Shown here: piece after piece, positions 50,610 through 62,497 of the stretch
Layout: each line of letters opens with the position of its first letter
Numbering within the stretch: position 1 is the first letter of the stretch
Assembly: GCA_963774265.1 (NCBI GenBank)
Contig: CAVZDU010000003.1
Span: forward strand, 384,001 to 448,000
DNA: 64,000 nt
Direction: 5' to 3'
From: an uncultured Chloroflexia bacterium
Lineage (GTDB): Bacteria > Chloroflexota > Anaerolineae > CG2-30-64-16
Position numbers and translations under genes: made by a program
The notes under the pieces: model-generated
Told to the model about the DNA's origin: nothing
Databases searched by the model: none
What the model saw: only the letters and a program-made list of their open reading frames with translations

Positions 50610-53600
50610 ATGTCTACCGTTTGGGCCGCGACCGCCTCTGACGTGCCTGCGGCAGGTTCCCGACTGTCACTCCTCGGCCGCTTCAATCTGCAACATGATG
50701 GCCGGGTGATCCGCCTGCGCACGCGCAAAGAGGAAGGCCTGCTCGCTTACCTGGTCCTCCACCCCGGCAGCCACCCGCGCGAGGTCCTCGCCGAACTCTA
50801 CTGGGGCGATACGCCGGAAGAGCAAGCCAAAGGCTCGCTGCGCGCGGCGCTGGCCGACCTGCGGGCCGTCCTGGGCCCCGAGGCGCTGTTCAGCGACCGC
50901 GTGGCCGTGCAGTTCAGCCCCCCGCCGGGGTTCCGCGTCGATGTCCTGGAGTTCCGCGCCCAGGCCACGCGCTCTCTCGGCGATGCGGCGGCCGATCCTG
51001 CACTCTTCGACCCCAGCCTTTACGGCGGCGAATTGCTGGCCGGCCACTACGACGACTGGGTGCTGGCCGAGCGCGAGCGGCTGCGCCAGCTCTACCTGGA
51101 CGCCCTGCTGCACCGGGTCGGGCGCCTGCGCGACCTGGTGCGTTATAGCGAGGCCATCGCAGCCGCTCAGCAGGTGTTGGCGGCAGATCTGGCCGAGGAG
51201 CGGGCGCACCAGCACCTCATGGTTCTCTATGCGATCACCGGCAACCGGTCCGCCGCGCTGCGCCAGCTCGAGGTCTGCCGCCGCAGCCTGAAAGAGGCGC
51301 TCGATGTGGAGCCGTCGGCCGAGACCCTGGCGCTCCTCGACTCGATTTCTTGGCCTGCACAGGAAGGCGCTGCGGCAGCGCCAGCCCCGAGTCGCGTGGC
51401 CATCGCATCCCCCGCAGTTGCGGCGCCGACGGCCGAGGCCGAGCTCACTAACTTACCCACGCCGCTGACCAGCTTTGTCGGCCGGGCGCAGGAGCTGGCG
51501 GCCCTCTGCGCCCTCCTGCAGGACAGCGGTTCGTCCCCCGGAGGGCGCCGGCTGGTGACCCTGACCGGCGCAGGCGGCAGCGGCAAGACACGCCTCGCGA
51601 TCCAGGTGGCCAGGCTCCTGGCCCCAAAGAACCGTCACGGCGCCTGGTGGGTCGATCTGAGTTCCTTGCGGGATCCCGCGCTTTTGCCCGACTCGGCTCT
51701 GCGTGCACTGGGGATGACGCCAGCGCCGGGCCAGCCGGCCATGCAGGCGCTGATCAGCTTTCTACGCGAGCGCAGCCTGCTGCTGTTGCTGGACAACTGC
51801 GAGCACCTGCTGGAGGCGTGCGCTCACCTGGTGGCAGCCATCCTGCAGGCCTGCCCGGCGGTGTGTGTATTGGCGACCAGCCGCGAGCCGCTGGGCGTTC
51901 CGGGGGAGCAGCTATGGCCGGTGCCGACCTTCGCCGTCCCGGCCCCCGATGAAGACCTGGATGCGGAATGCCTGCTCGGTTACGATGCGGTGCGGCTGTT
52001 CATAGATCGGGCCAGGATGCACCGGCCGGCGTTCGAGCTGACGGGTGACAACGCGGCCCAGGTGGCTGAGATCTGCCGGCGTCTCGACGGCATCCCCCTG
52101 GCGATCGAGCTGGCCGCAGCCCGCGTGCGGACGATGGACCTTCGCGACATCCTTACCCGGCTGGAGAACCGGCTGCGGCTGCTGGCGTCCAGCAGCGCAT
52201 TGGCTCCGCCGCGCCAGCAGACTCTGCGGGCGTCCATCGACTGGAGTTATAACCTACTCTCGCCGGCCGAATGCCTGCTGCTGCAGCACCTGGCGGTCTT
52301 TGTCGGGGGGTGCACCCTCGCAGCGGCAGAGGCCGTATGCACGGATTGCGGTCTGGCCGAGGAGGAGGTCCTCGATTTACTCGTCCGGCTGGTCGACCGC
52401 TCGCTGGTCGTCGCCGAAGGGGGTCGCTATAGCCTCCTGGAGACAATCCGCGAGTATGCGCTCGAGCGGCTGATCGACACGGGCGCCGCGGAGGCGCTGC
52501 GCGAGCGCCACGCCGCGTACTTCGCCGGGATACTCGCCGAGCAGTTCGACGCGATCCGGAGCCTTGAACAGCACCAGGCGATCGTCGGAATCGCCGCGGA
52601 GATCGACAACGTGCGGGCCGCCTGGGCCTGGGCCGCGGCAGCCCGCCGTTGTGATCTTCTCTCACGCTCGGTCAACGGCCTGACGTGGTACTACGAGGTG
52701 CACGCGGGATTCCACGAAGGCGAAGTGGTGTTCGGGCGGGCGCTCGAGGCTCTGGGGGACGGCCCGGACGCGGACCCTTACCTGTTGGCCAGGCTGCACG
52801 TCTTCCATGGCAATTTCCTGGACCGCCAGGGTAAGCTGAGGGAAGCGCGCCCGGAACTGGAGCGGGGCTGCGCAGCGCTCCGCCACGCGGCCGCGCCGTT
52901 TGACCTGGCGACCGCACTCACGTTTCTGGGGAGGAACGCCTGGGAGCAGGGCGATTATGCTCGCGCTCACGATTTGCTAGAGGAAAGCCTGGCGATCTCC
53001 CAGGGGGCGAGCGTGGAGATGACAACGGCGTTGTCCCTGTTCTTCCTGGCACTGGTCGAGCACGCCATGGACAACGAACCCCAGGCGGACAGACGCTTTC
53101 GGGAAGCGTTGGCCGCCAGTCGCCTCCTCGGCGACCCGCGAATTATCTCCGTCACCCTGGTCCACTGGGCGCCGACACTCCTGGCATTGGGCCGGGTTGC
53201 CGAAGCCAGGGAGCGGCTGCAGGAAGCGCTGCCGATCGCGCGCGAGACCCAGGACCGGTGGCTGATTGGCGTGGCGCTGTTGCACCTGGGCACAGTCGTG
53301 CTGGCCCAGGGTGACCCGGCCGGCGCCAGGACAGCACTGCTGGAAGCCGTGGCGCTGACCCGAGAGGCCGGCGGCAGCTGGTACAGGGCGTGGAGTGAGG
53401 CGAGCCTGGGGGATGTCTATCTCGCAGAGGGGAACGTAGGGCAGGCGGAGCTTCAGTACCGCTCGGCACTGAAGCTCGCCGTGGAGGCCGACGCTATCTC
53501 CCTGGCACTGGGTGCGTTGGCCGGCTTTGCCGAGCTCCGGGCGCTGGCCGGGGATCGGGAGGGAGCTCTGGAGTTGGCCCGGCAGGTGTCGCTCCACCCG

Positions 53601-53765
53601 GCGAGCGCCGGCATTGCCCGCGCTCGAGCTGCAGATATCCTCCGCCGGCTGGATCCAGATAGCGAAAACCAGCCGGCCGTTCCTGCTGCCGACACTTTCG
53701 AGGAAGTGGTACATGGCATCCTCGCAGCCGGAGCTTCCACCGGCCAGACCGTCAGCCTGAGCTAA
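50610..53765 (+). CDS. AfsR/SARP-type regulator (wHTH-BTAD-NB-ARC-TPR); start uncertain
   Basis: LLGRF, LLAYL, BTAD DWVLAERERL, GAGGSGKTRLA, LLDNCEHL, LDGIPLAIELAAAR, TPRs; TAGACA-17-TAGAAT promoter at 50532-50560. Confidence 0.92.
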   Translation: MSTVWAATASDVPAAGSRLSLLGRFNLQHDGRVIRLRTRKEEGLLAYLVLHPGSHPREVLAELYWGDTPEEQAKGSLRAALADLRAVLGPEALFSDRVAVQFSPPPGFRVDVLEFRAQATRSLGDAAADPALFDPSLYGGELLAGHYDDWVLAERERLRQLYLDALLHRVGRLRDLVRYSEAIAAAQQVLAADLAEERAHQHLMVLYAITGNRSAALRQLEVCRRSLKEALDVEPSAETLALLDSISWPAQEGAAAAPAPSRVAIASPAVAAPTAEAELTNLPTPLTSFVGRAQELAALCALLQDSGSSPGGRRLVTLTGAGGSGKTRLAIQVARLLAPKNRHGAWWVDLSSLRDPALLPDSALRALGMTPAPGQPAMQALISFLRERSLLLLLDNCEHLLEACAHLVAAILQACPAVCVLATSREPLGVPGEQLWPVPTFAVPAPDEDLDAECLLGYDAVRLFIDRARMHRPAFELTGDNAAQVAEICRRLDGIPLAIELAAARVRTMDLRDILTRLENRLRLLASSSALAPPRQQTLRASIDWSYNLLSPAECLLLQHLAVFVGGCTLAAAEAVCTDCGLAEEEVLDLLVRLVDRSLVVAEGGRYSLLETIREYALERLIDTGAAEALRERHAAYFAGILAEQFDAIRSLEQHQAIVGIAAEIDNVRAAWAWAAAARRCDLLSRSVNGLTWYYEVHAGFHEGEVVFGRALEALGDGPDADPYLLARLHVFHGNFLDRQGKLREARPELERGCAALRHAAAPFDLATALTFLGRNAWEQGDYARAHDLLEESLAISQGASVEMTTALSLFFLALVEHAMDNEPQADRRFREALAASRLLGDPRIISVTLVHWAPTLLALGRVAEARERLQEALPIARETQDRWLIGVALLHLGTVVLAQGDPAGARTALLEAVALTREAGGSWYRAWSEASLGDVYLAEGNVGQAELQYRSALKLAVEADAISLALGALAGFAELRALAGDREGALELARQVSLHPASAGIARARAADILRRLDPDSENQPAVPAADTFEEVVHGILAAGASTGQTVSLS

Positions 53766-53800
53766 GATACTGCAGTGCCGCTTGCCGGCCGGCGCTCGCG

Positions 53801-54496
53801 TCAATTGTATGACGGCAGCGGCCGGTTGGGCGAAGTGTACTCAGGCAGGATGACCGGCAGCGCAGCCAACCTCTTCTCCAGGAGACGCACCCGGTCCTCG
53901 AGCCGTGCCGCCCGCTCGAGCGACTCGGTCGCGGCGATCATGGCGGGATTGGGCGCCGTCTGGTTGGTGGGGCGCGCCGGCACGCCGACCGCCGTGCACC
54001 CTGCGGGCACGTCGTGGAGCACCACCGCACCCGCGCCCACCCGCGCGCCGTCGCCCACGGTGATCGAACCCAACACGAGGGCCTGTGTGCCCAGAACCAC
54101 CCGGCTGCCGATAGTCGGATGGCGCTTGCCATGTGCCAGGCTGGTCCCGCCCAGCACCACGCCCTGGTAGATCAACACGTCATCGCCGATTTCTGCGGTC
54201 TCGCCGACGACCACCCCCATGCCGTGGTCGATAAAGACCCGTCGCCCGATGGTCGCTCCCGGGTGAATCTCGATGCCGGTCAGCGCCCGCGCGAACTGCG
54301 AGATCATGCGGCTGAGGAACAAGCGGCGGCGACGCCACAGGGCGTTGGCCACGCGATACAGCCAGATGGCGTGCAGGCCGGGGTACAGGCAGATGACTTC
54401 CCAGACGGACCTGGCAGCAGGGTCTCTGGCCAGGACGCTCTGGATATCTTCTTTGATCAGGTCGCGACTTCTTCGGCACCATGCCAGGACTTTCAT
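53801..54496 (-). CDS. cysE: Serine O-acetyltransferase
   Basis: [32 protein letters not shown]. Confidence 0.93.
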   Translation of the reverse strand: MKVLAWCRRSRDLIKEDIQSVLARDPAARSVWEVICLYPGLHAIWLYRVANALWRRRRLFLSRMISQFARALTGIEIHPGATIGRRVFIDHGMGVVVGETAEIGDDVLIYQGVVLGGTSLAHGKRHPTIGSRVVLGTQALVLGSITVGDGARVGAGAVVLHDVPAGCTAVGVPARPTNQTAPNPAMIAATESLERAARLEDRVRLLEKRLAALPVILPEYTSPNRPLPSYN

Positions 54497-54566
54497 GTCA
54501 CATCCTCTCCGCTCTGGTTGATGAACTGAGTTGATCTTGCATTTCCTTCCAACTGCAATCCTGAGA

Positions 54567-54642
54567 CCGTTATACGACCCTACCGCAAAGCTGTCGTCGA
54601 ATGTCCGTCAAACCACCGCGAAAAATCGTTACGGTGCCGCAA
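54567..54642 (-). promoter_or_regulatory. 11-bp-phased repeat promoter element, copy 2
   Basis: Shares GAATGTCCGTCAAA, ATCGTTACG and TATACG with copy 1 at a constant offset of 4120. Confidence 0.6.
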
Positions 54643-54702
54643 AACCGGGGTGGACGGCGTCCCAGATTCGTGCTTGGGTGGCTTAGGGTGGTCACATGGC
54701 GG

Positions 54703-54743
54703 AAAAGAAAAGGTTGCCATCCCGCGACTGCGAGATGGCAACC
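54703..54743 (-). terminator. Intrinsic terminator of the 61832-54793 operon
   Basis: GGTTGCCATCTCGC-loop-GCGGGATGGCAACC followed by TTTTCTTTT. Confidence 0.8.
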
Positions 54744-54792
54744 CGGACCACCTGGTGCTGACATCGCCCGCCGGTCTGCGCCGGCCGCGGCC

Positions 54793-55212
54793 TTAGTGCA
54801 CGCTATACTGCGTCAGCGAGCCCTTCACAAACGTGTTGTTCTTCACCAGGTACACCTTGCACACCGCACCGGCCGGAACCTGCGTCAGGTACGCGGTCAT
54901 CGTCGCGTGCGGGATGGTCCCGTTGCTCGACGAGTAGACCCAGTTCACGATGTCGTCGCGCTGGTACGCGTCGGCTGGTCCCGAGGTCTTGCCCGAGAAG
55001 TAGCACGCGTTGACCATCGAGTATTCGTAGGCCACCACCGGCGTGGCGCTCACTACGGAGACGTCCACGTCGACCGACGAGCCCGCGGAAGCGGTGCCCA
55101 GTAAGGCAGTCGTTCCGGTGGCCGTGCCCACGCTCGCGGTGAGCACCGACCCGAGCACCAGGATCGCCACGACTGCGAAGAATATCGCTCGCTTCACTTC
55201 AGTCCTCCTCAT
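54793..55212 (-). CDS. Small secreted protein, unknown function
   Basis: Signal peptide, two Cys; start overlaps the upstream stop. Confidence 0.7.
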   Translation of the reverse strand: MRRTEVKRAIFFAVVAILVLGSVLTASVGTATGTTALLGTASAGSSVDVDVSVVSATPVVAYEYSMVNACYFSGKTSGPADAYQRDDIVNWVYSSSNGTIPHATMTAYLTQVPAGAVCKVYLVKNNTFVKGSLTQYSVH

Positions 55213-56351
55213 TGGCAGATGTTCGAGTTGGCCGCCTCACCATAGCCCAACTTCCACTTCAACGGCGTCGTGCCGGGATCGATGGTATCGGCTTCCCAGA
55301 TCGCATCGCCGATGCACTTCATGCCGTCCGAATTGACCCACACGCCCATGCCCGTGGTCGTCTGCGATTTCTTCTCGAGAACGCCGTTCAACGCGGGATC
55401 GAGATAGTCGGGGCTCTTGGAGCCGGTCGAACCCTCGATGTACCAGGGCGACGAGCAGCCGAAGTCCTTCTCCGAGTCGTGCTCATCGCTGTACTCGCCG
55501 TGGTTGACGGTTGTCTTGATGCTAACGTCCATCTTCATGCAATGGTCTTTGAACTTCGAGTAGATGTCGACGTACACCCAGCGGCTGCCGTTCGGGCCTG
55601 CCTGGAACGGCGCCAGCGCGTTCTTCAGCGTCGTGTTCATCTTCTGGAAGGCCTGGTCGATCGTGATGAGCGCGGGCGGGAACTGGGCCCAGCGCACCGT
55701 GCACGTGAGAATCGTGTCCACGAGCTTAGGGCACAGCTCAGCCAGGTTTGTCGTCGCCGAGGTGGCCGACGGGTATGGATTCGGGTAATTCAGCACTGCA
55801 ACCACCAGCCCCGGCCGCTGCGACGCCATGACGCGCGTCTGCTGCAGGATGGTGGTGTAGTTGTTCTGCAGGTTGGTCCACAGCCCCGAATTGCCCAGCA
55901 CTCCGGCCGCGCACGAGTTCGCGCCGCTGAAGTCGTGGTCCTTAGCCTTGTCGAAGCAGTCCTTGATCAGGTTGACAATCGTGCTGTTCTGCTCGCCCAG
56001 CTGCAGGGTGAGCAGGTCGGGACGCATGTTGTAGGCGCTGGACAGCCCGCCGCCCGTGATGTATGCGGACGAGGTCTGGCCGTTCTTGCCCTGGTTGTAG
56101 ACCGCCCAACCGGGCGAATTCAAGTGATCGGCGAGCAGCTTTTCCGGGTAACGGCTCGAGTCGTCGTTCAGGTCGTGCCCGGCGGGAATGTCGTCGCCGC
56201 TCGCGACGTAGATCCTGGGGCCGGCCGCGGCTTCGGCAGCCGGCGCAGGCAGCGTTATGGCCGTCCCTGCCGCCAGACTCAGCAGCATGAGGACCGCAAC
56301 CAGCCCGCCCAATCGTTCCTTAATCCTGTTGATGTTCCGCATATTTAACAC
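55209..56351 (-). CDS. Secreted SGNH-fold protein lacking canonical catalytic Ser and His
   Basis: Signal peptide; YVASGDD, GQTS, LQLGEQN, NYPNPY, GVWVNSDG. Confidence 0.7.
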   Translation of the reverse strand: MLNMRNINRIKERLGGLVAVLMLLSLAAGTAITLPAPAAEAAAGPRIYVASGDDIPAGHDLNDDSSRYPEKLLADHLNSPGWAVYNQGKNGQTSSAYITGGGLSSAYNMRPDLLTLQLGEQNSTIVNLIKDCFDKAKDHDFSGANSCAAGVLGNSGLWTNLQNNYTTILQQTRVMASQRPGLVVAVLNYPNPYPSATSATTNLAELCPKLVDTILTCTVRWAQFPPALITIDQAFQKMNTTLKNALAPFQAGPNGSRWVYVDIYSKFKDHCMKMDVSIKTTVNHGEYSDEHDSEKDFGCSSPWYIEGSTGSKSPDYLDPALNGVLEKKSQTTTGMGVWVNSDGMKCIGDAIWEADTIDPGTTPLKWKLGYGEAANSNICQ

Positions 56352-56515
56352 TCCAACTGGTGCGCCAGGAGCAAGGCTGAGGCGGCCGCATCTTGTGGCG
56401 CCGCTTCTTCCGCCTTGCCGTACGGGCGAGAAACCTGCCCCGGCAGTTGCGCCGGGGCAGGTTTGCTCGCCATGTCAGGGCGGGGAGCATGATCCTGCCC
56501 CCGCCCTGGGTAGGG

Positions 56516-59500
56516 TTACGGAACGATGTTGCTCGTATAGGTCGCCGTGTTGTTGCTGGTCGTGAACTCTGCGACCAACGCACCACTCAGCGTGCCGTCG
56601 ATATACCCGAAGATCGTGCCGCCGGACGCGCCTGCGGTCGCTGACATGTTGAAGACGGCGCCCGCGCCTGCGGCCAGGTTGCCGGTGCACTTCTGCCACT
56701 CGGCGCCCGGGACACTCACTACGCTCGTGCATGTCCAGCCGCTCGGCGCCGTCACGTTCACTGGTCCCAGGAAGTCGTAGAGCATGATCAGATCGACGGT
56801 GACGTGATCGCCTGACCCGTTGACCGTGGTCAGGTCACCCACGTTGACCAACTGGCCGGTGAACGTCTCAGTCGTGCCCGTCTTCACCGGGTCCGGCGTG
56901 CCGAGCATCTGCGCGGCCACCAGGTCGATGCAGTTGGGCGAACAGAGAGCGCCGGTCACGGTCGTCGTCTCCGACTTGTAGTTGTTGAGCTCGTCCGCCT
57001 CGACGAATTTGTCGGTCGGGTCGGCGATGGCCACCAGCGTCAGGTCCTGCGGGGCGCCGGTGACTACGGACGTGTTCACGGTGATGACGGTCGAGCCGCC
57101 GCCGAGGAACTCGCCGTTGCACGTGATGACGTTGCCCGAAGGCAGCTCGCAGTTGAAGCCGTTGGTGCCGGCCGCGGTCGTGGTGCCCAGCGAGAGGCCG
57201 GTCGGCGGCAAGATGATTTTCACCTGGGCCGGATCGCCCACAGTGCCTGCGGTGGCCGTGCCCGCGTTGGTAACAGTGAACACGTACTTCAGCGCGTTGC
57301 CCACGTTGACCGGGTCGGGCGTGTCGGCGATCGTGCTTACGATAAGATCGATACCGGTGCCGCCCACGGATGTGCTCGCGATAGCCGGGCCGTTGTTGGC
57401 CGGGTTGGTCTCGCCGGTGACGACGTTGACCGATGCCTTGTTTGCGAAGCCGTGCGTCACATCGGCGTTCACCGTGGTCACGATGGTGATCGCCTCGGAC
57501 TGGCCCTGAGTGAGGCCGCCAGTGCCCGTGCATGTCACGGTCGTGGGCGTGATGGCGCATGGCCAGCTGCTGCCGGTGGTTGCGCCGCTCACCGTCACCG
57601 CGGCAGGATTCGGCAGCGTGTCGACCACGGTGATCGTGTCCGTCGTGTCGGCCGTGCCCACATTCGAGACGTTGATGGTGTACGTCAACTGCTGCCCCGG
57701 CGTGGCCACGCTGGCGTCCGCGGTCTTGTTGATCATCAGGTCCGGCGCAGGCGGGACGACGGTCGTGATCTTGTGGACGCAGTTGTCCGTCTCGTTCTGC
57801 TCGGAAATCGTACGGTTCGGATCGACGCACGCCTCGTTGTCCAGCGTGCCGCCGTTCGCGGTCACGAACACGTGGACCGTGATGGTCACGATGTGCGTGT
57901 CGGGCGGCGTCGGGCTTGGCGCGGGCGGATCATAGCCCTCCGGCCCCATGTCGCCGAAGCAGTACACCCGGTTGACCGGGTTCTCCTGCACCTGGCACTG
58001 GAAGTTGGTCGCGTTCGCCGGCTCGGTCTTGATGTACAGCGGGATCAGGCCGACCGGCAGGTTGTCGACCACCTCGACTCCGGTTGCGGTCGCGCCGTTG
58101 CCATCGGCGTCCTCGTTGTAGACCTTGATGACGTAGTCCGCTTCCTGGTTCTGCGTCGCCTCGGTCGGGCCGTCCTTCGTCACCCTCAGGTTGATCTTCG
58201 AGCGAACCGTCGTCGGCCATTGCGACGAGTTGTTCGTCTCGTTGGACTCGGCGATGGCGTTGTCCGGGTCGATGAACGCCTGGTTGGTGATGGTCACGCT
58301 GATGTTGCCCGGGTCGAGCGCAATCGACTGGATGTCCGGCGGCGCGAGCACCTTAACGGTGATCACGCGTGTGGTCGGGACGTCGGGCGCCGGGATCAGG
58401 TCGAGCGTGCCGTCGAGCGTGCCGCCGGAACAGGTGACACTGCCCCCTGCCTGGCTGCAGCTGAAGGCGCCCGGAATGAGCGGGGTGCTGTCCGCTGCGG
58501 AGACGAACGTTGTGCCGGCAGGCAGATCGTCGCGCACCTTGACGTTGAACGCCGGGTCGGTGCCCAAGTTGGTGACGTTCAGGGCGTAGCTGATCAAGCC
58601 GCCTGGGACAACCTTTGCCGGGCCGGTCTTGGTGATCTGGAGGTCGATGTAGCCCGCGCCGACCACGACCTTCGTCGGGGCCTGCGACTGGTTGTTCGTC
58701 TCATCGCCTTCGGGGATCGTGTTGTTCGGGTCGACGATCGCGGTGTTGACGTAGTTGCCCGGCGCCGATGACGACTTCGCCTTCACGAGGACCGTGCGGG
58801 AGGTCGGCGCGCCGCTCGAGGCGATGACCGTACCGCTTAGCGTTGCGCCCGAGCAGTTGATGGTGTTGCCCGCGTCCGCCGTCGTATCGCACACGAAGGC
58901 CTGCGGGTCAGGCATGGCCGACTGGTCGACTGCGGACATAAACACGAAGCCTGCGGGCAGCGTGTCGCTGAACTTGACGTTGAAGGCAGGGTCGCTGCCG
59001 GTGTTCGCGATCACGATCTTGTAGGTCACCACGCTGCTGGTCGACACGGTGTTGCTCGCCGGGTCATCCTGCGTCTTGGTGATCGTCAGCTCGTTGAACG
59101 CGTTCTTGCCGCCGCTGCCAACAGTGCGGACCTGCGTCACGATGATCGAGTTGTTGTTGAACTCGTTGCCTTCGGGGATCGCGCCTTCCGGGTCGACGAT
59201 CGCCTGGTTCGAGTAGTCGCCGGGCGTGTTCGGCGCGAAGAGGGTCACGTCGATCGTGCGCGACTGCCCCATGGGGGCGACCAGCAGGTCGAGCGTGCCG
59301 TCGAGCGTGCCGCCCGTGCAGTCGATGTTCGGGACGGCGAAGGTGCAGTTGAAGGCATCTGGCCCGGGCACCGTGTCGACCGCCGAGATGAAGCGGGAGC
59401 CTGCGGGCACGACGTCACGCACGTGAATATTGCGCGCCGGATCGGTCGCGTCGTTGGTGACGGTCAGCGAGTACTTCAGGGTGCCGTTCGTCGCGACCGG

Positions 59501-61832
59501 CTGGGCCGCGCCCGGGATCGTCTGCGTCTTGACGATGCTCAGCTCGTTGAACGCGCTCAGGAGCGCACCGCCGTTCGTCACGGTGGTGTCCTGGGTCGCC
59601 AGGTTGTTCAGCTCGTTCGTCTCCGCGATCGTGTTGTCCGGGTCGACGCGCGCCTCGTTGTGCATGGTGCCGACGTTCGGCTGCGCAAAGACCTTGATCT
59701 TGATGGTCGCGAAGTCATCGCCGGGCGCGGGGCCGGAAGCACCCGGCGCGAGGTAGAACTCGCTCTCGGTGCCGAGCAGGTGGCCCCCGACGCAGGTGAC
59801 GACGCCGCCGGTGGCCGCGCCGTCAGACGCGCAGGTGAACCCGCGGTCGCCCGACACGGAGATGAACCGGGTGCCGGAGGGCAGGGTGTCGACCACCTTG
59901 ATGCCCGTGACGTCCTGCGTGCCCACGTTGTCGACGGTCAGCACGTACGTCTCGGTGCCGTTCGTGGCGATCGGGTCGAAGCCGCCGGGCACGATCTGCG
60001 CGCCGGGCGGGTCGGACGGACTATCTCGCTTGTCGATAACAAGGTCGATGCCGGTCGCCACCGTCGTGCCCTGGGTGAACGTGTTGTTGGTCTCGTCCGC
60101 TTCGTAGATCGCATTGTTCGGGTCGACCGTCACCGTGTTCGAGATCACGCCCACGGTGGGCGGCGCGGCGACCATGAACGTGATGTTCCTGATCGACTCC
60201 GCCAGGATCGTGCCGCCGCTGCAGGTGACGACGTTGGACGCGTCCACCGCGCACACGAAACCCGCATCGGTGCTGTAGCTGTCGAAAATCAGGCCGGCGG
60301 GCAGCGGGTCGCGGACGACGACGCCGGTCGCGTTCTGGATGCCGCTGTTACCCACGACAAAGGTGTAGGTCAGGCCGCCCTGACACACGGGCGTGCCCAA
60401 CAGCGTCGGTATGCTGCCGCTGCCCGCGAGCTTGCCCTGGGGCGGATTCGCCAGGCGATCCGCCGGCTGGGGCCATGAGGCCGCGCACACCGGATCGGGC
60501 GCATCGCTCTTGGTGATCGTCAGGTCGACCGCGGGCTTGACGGTGGTCAGGGCCGTCGCCGTGGCCGACACGCCGACATTCTTGATATTCGCGGTGCCGG
60601 TCGCCGTGTTCAGGATCGTCGAGCCGGCCGACGCGATGACCTGGCCCTTGAGGCTGACCGTTAGCGTTCCGCCTGCGTTGAGCGAGCGGATCGAGCACTG
60701 CACCTGCGGCGCGTTGACGACACAGCCGCCGGTGGTGCCGACCGTGCCGTTGACGACGGTCTGGCTGGCCGTGATGCTCGCTGCTTCCAGGCCCTGCGTG
60801 CCGTCAACCATCACGACGTCGTCGGCGCGGCTCGTCGCGATGTTCTTGATGACGATCGTGTAGCTCAGGATGGCTCCCGGTGTGACCGGGTCCGGCGAGT
60901 CGGTCTTGGTGATCGTGATGCCCTGCGGCGCGGGGCCCGTGGTCACCGACGTCGACACGGTCGCCGAGGTGTTGTTGAGCTCATTGCTTTCCGGAATCGT
61001 GTTGTTCGGGTCGACCACGGCGGTATTCGCCATGTTGCCCGCCGCTCCGGGCGCGGTCGCGTCAATCGTAATGGTCGCGTTCGAGCCCGCGTTCACCGCG
61101 CCGCCGTCACAAGTGACGGTGACCGGCGAGCCGGCCGACGTGCAGGTGAAGAGGCTGGTGCCGTTCGCGCCCACAAAGGCCATGCCCGCGGGCAGCGTGT
61201 CGACCACGCGCACGTTCAGTCGCGTTGGCGGCGCCCGTGTTGTTCACGGTCAGGATGTATGACATGGGGCTGCTCAGCACTACGCTGGCGGGGCCGGTCT
61301 TGGTGATCGAGAGGTCCGCGAGCGAAGAGCCGCTCGTGTTTTGAACCAGCGTCGACACACTGGCCGTCGTGGTGAAGTTTTGGGCCGATCTCGTGCCGGT
61401 AACGGACGCCGTGTTGTTGAGGCTGGTCCCGTTGGCAGCGGTAACAAGGCCGCGGATGGTGATCGTAACGCCAGCGCCGCCGCTCATGCTGCCGATGTTA
61501 CAGGTAACCTTGAGGCTGCTCTGCGTACAACTGCCTTGGGAACTGGTCAATTGCAGTTGGGGCGGGGTGCCCAATCCCGCGACGCCGTTCACCTGGTCGG
61601 TCATGACAACGTTGGTGACCTTGGCGCCACCCGTGTTGACGATCGTGATGGTGTAGGTGATCTGGGCCCCGGAGGCGACCGGGCTGGGATTCGCGGTCTT
61701 GGTGACCGTCAATGGGCTGACGGGATCCGCCAGCGCGACCGATACGGGGCTCATACTGGCGAGGACCAGTGCGAGAATCAGCACCGACGCCCACCGCCGG
61801 CGGAGGAATTGAGAGAACTCGGGCCACTTCAT
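56516..61832 (-). CDS. Giant secreted DUF11/CARDB-repeat protein; frameshift near 61215
   Basis: Signal peptide in ORF 61107..61832; repeated DL.ITK..P.P..G..L.Y and VDP.N.I.E.NE.NN motifs. Confidence 0.85.
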
Positions 61833-62497
61833 CCTGTTACTCCCTTTCTATCCTGTCCTGCTTGTTGAGATACACTGAAGCCTGCCTCTATATCTGCTTG
61901 ACCGACCGCCCCATCGCGGCTCAGGTCATTCAACCGTCTGTCACCGACCGGGCGACAATAAGTGGTGTACTTATGACCTCCTGGTTGTCATTTCGAGGCT
62001 GGCAAATTGGCGGGGCGCTGCTGACGCCGGCGTGGGCTCGATACTCGCGATACGTGGCGTCATGCGCGTGAGGCACGTTCTTACGCTTTGTGAACAGTGT
62101 GGCGAATCATCGTGTAGGGCATCGTGAACTCCTATCTTGGCCGATGCTGATGACAGTCTAGTGCCGACGGCGATTCAGTCATGTAGCACAGTCTACAATT
62201 GCTACTTTATTGTTCAGATATAGTACAGCTAATATATTAAATTTGAAACACACATGTGCCAACCCTACTTTGCTTGTGCGGCGCCCCTCCCCCCGGTGAT
62301 GATCGGGCCCGACACTCGCCAAGGACGGCCGAATGTCATCTAGCGGTGGACGAGACCGGTCGCCAGCTTCTGGGCGCGGCCATATGGAGTGAGTGGGCAG
62401 TCGAGCCAGAAAACTGGCTGTTTGAGTGGTTCGTGCCAGTGCGGTATATGGTACAATGGAGCCAATGTTTCCGTTCTTCAACTCGTGAGGTTGGCTG

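Noticed and set aside
61833-62497. Riboswitch or sRNA in the long intergenic region
   Set aside because: No recognisable c-di-GMP, c-di-AMP or other consensus by eye; an Rfam scan would be needed.
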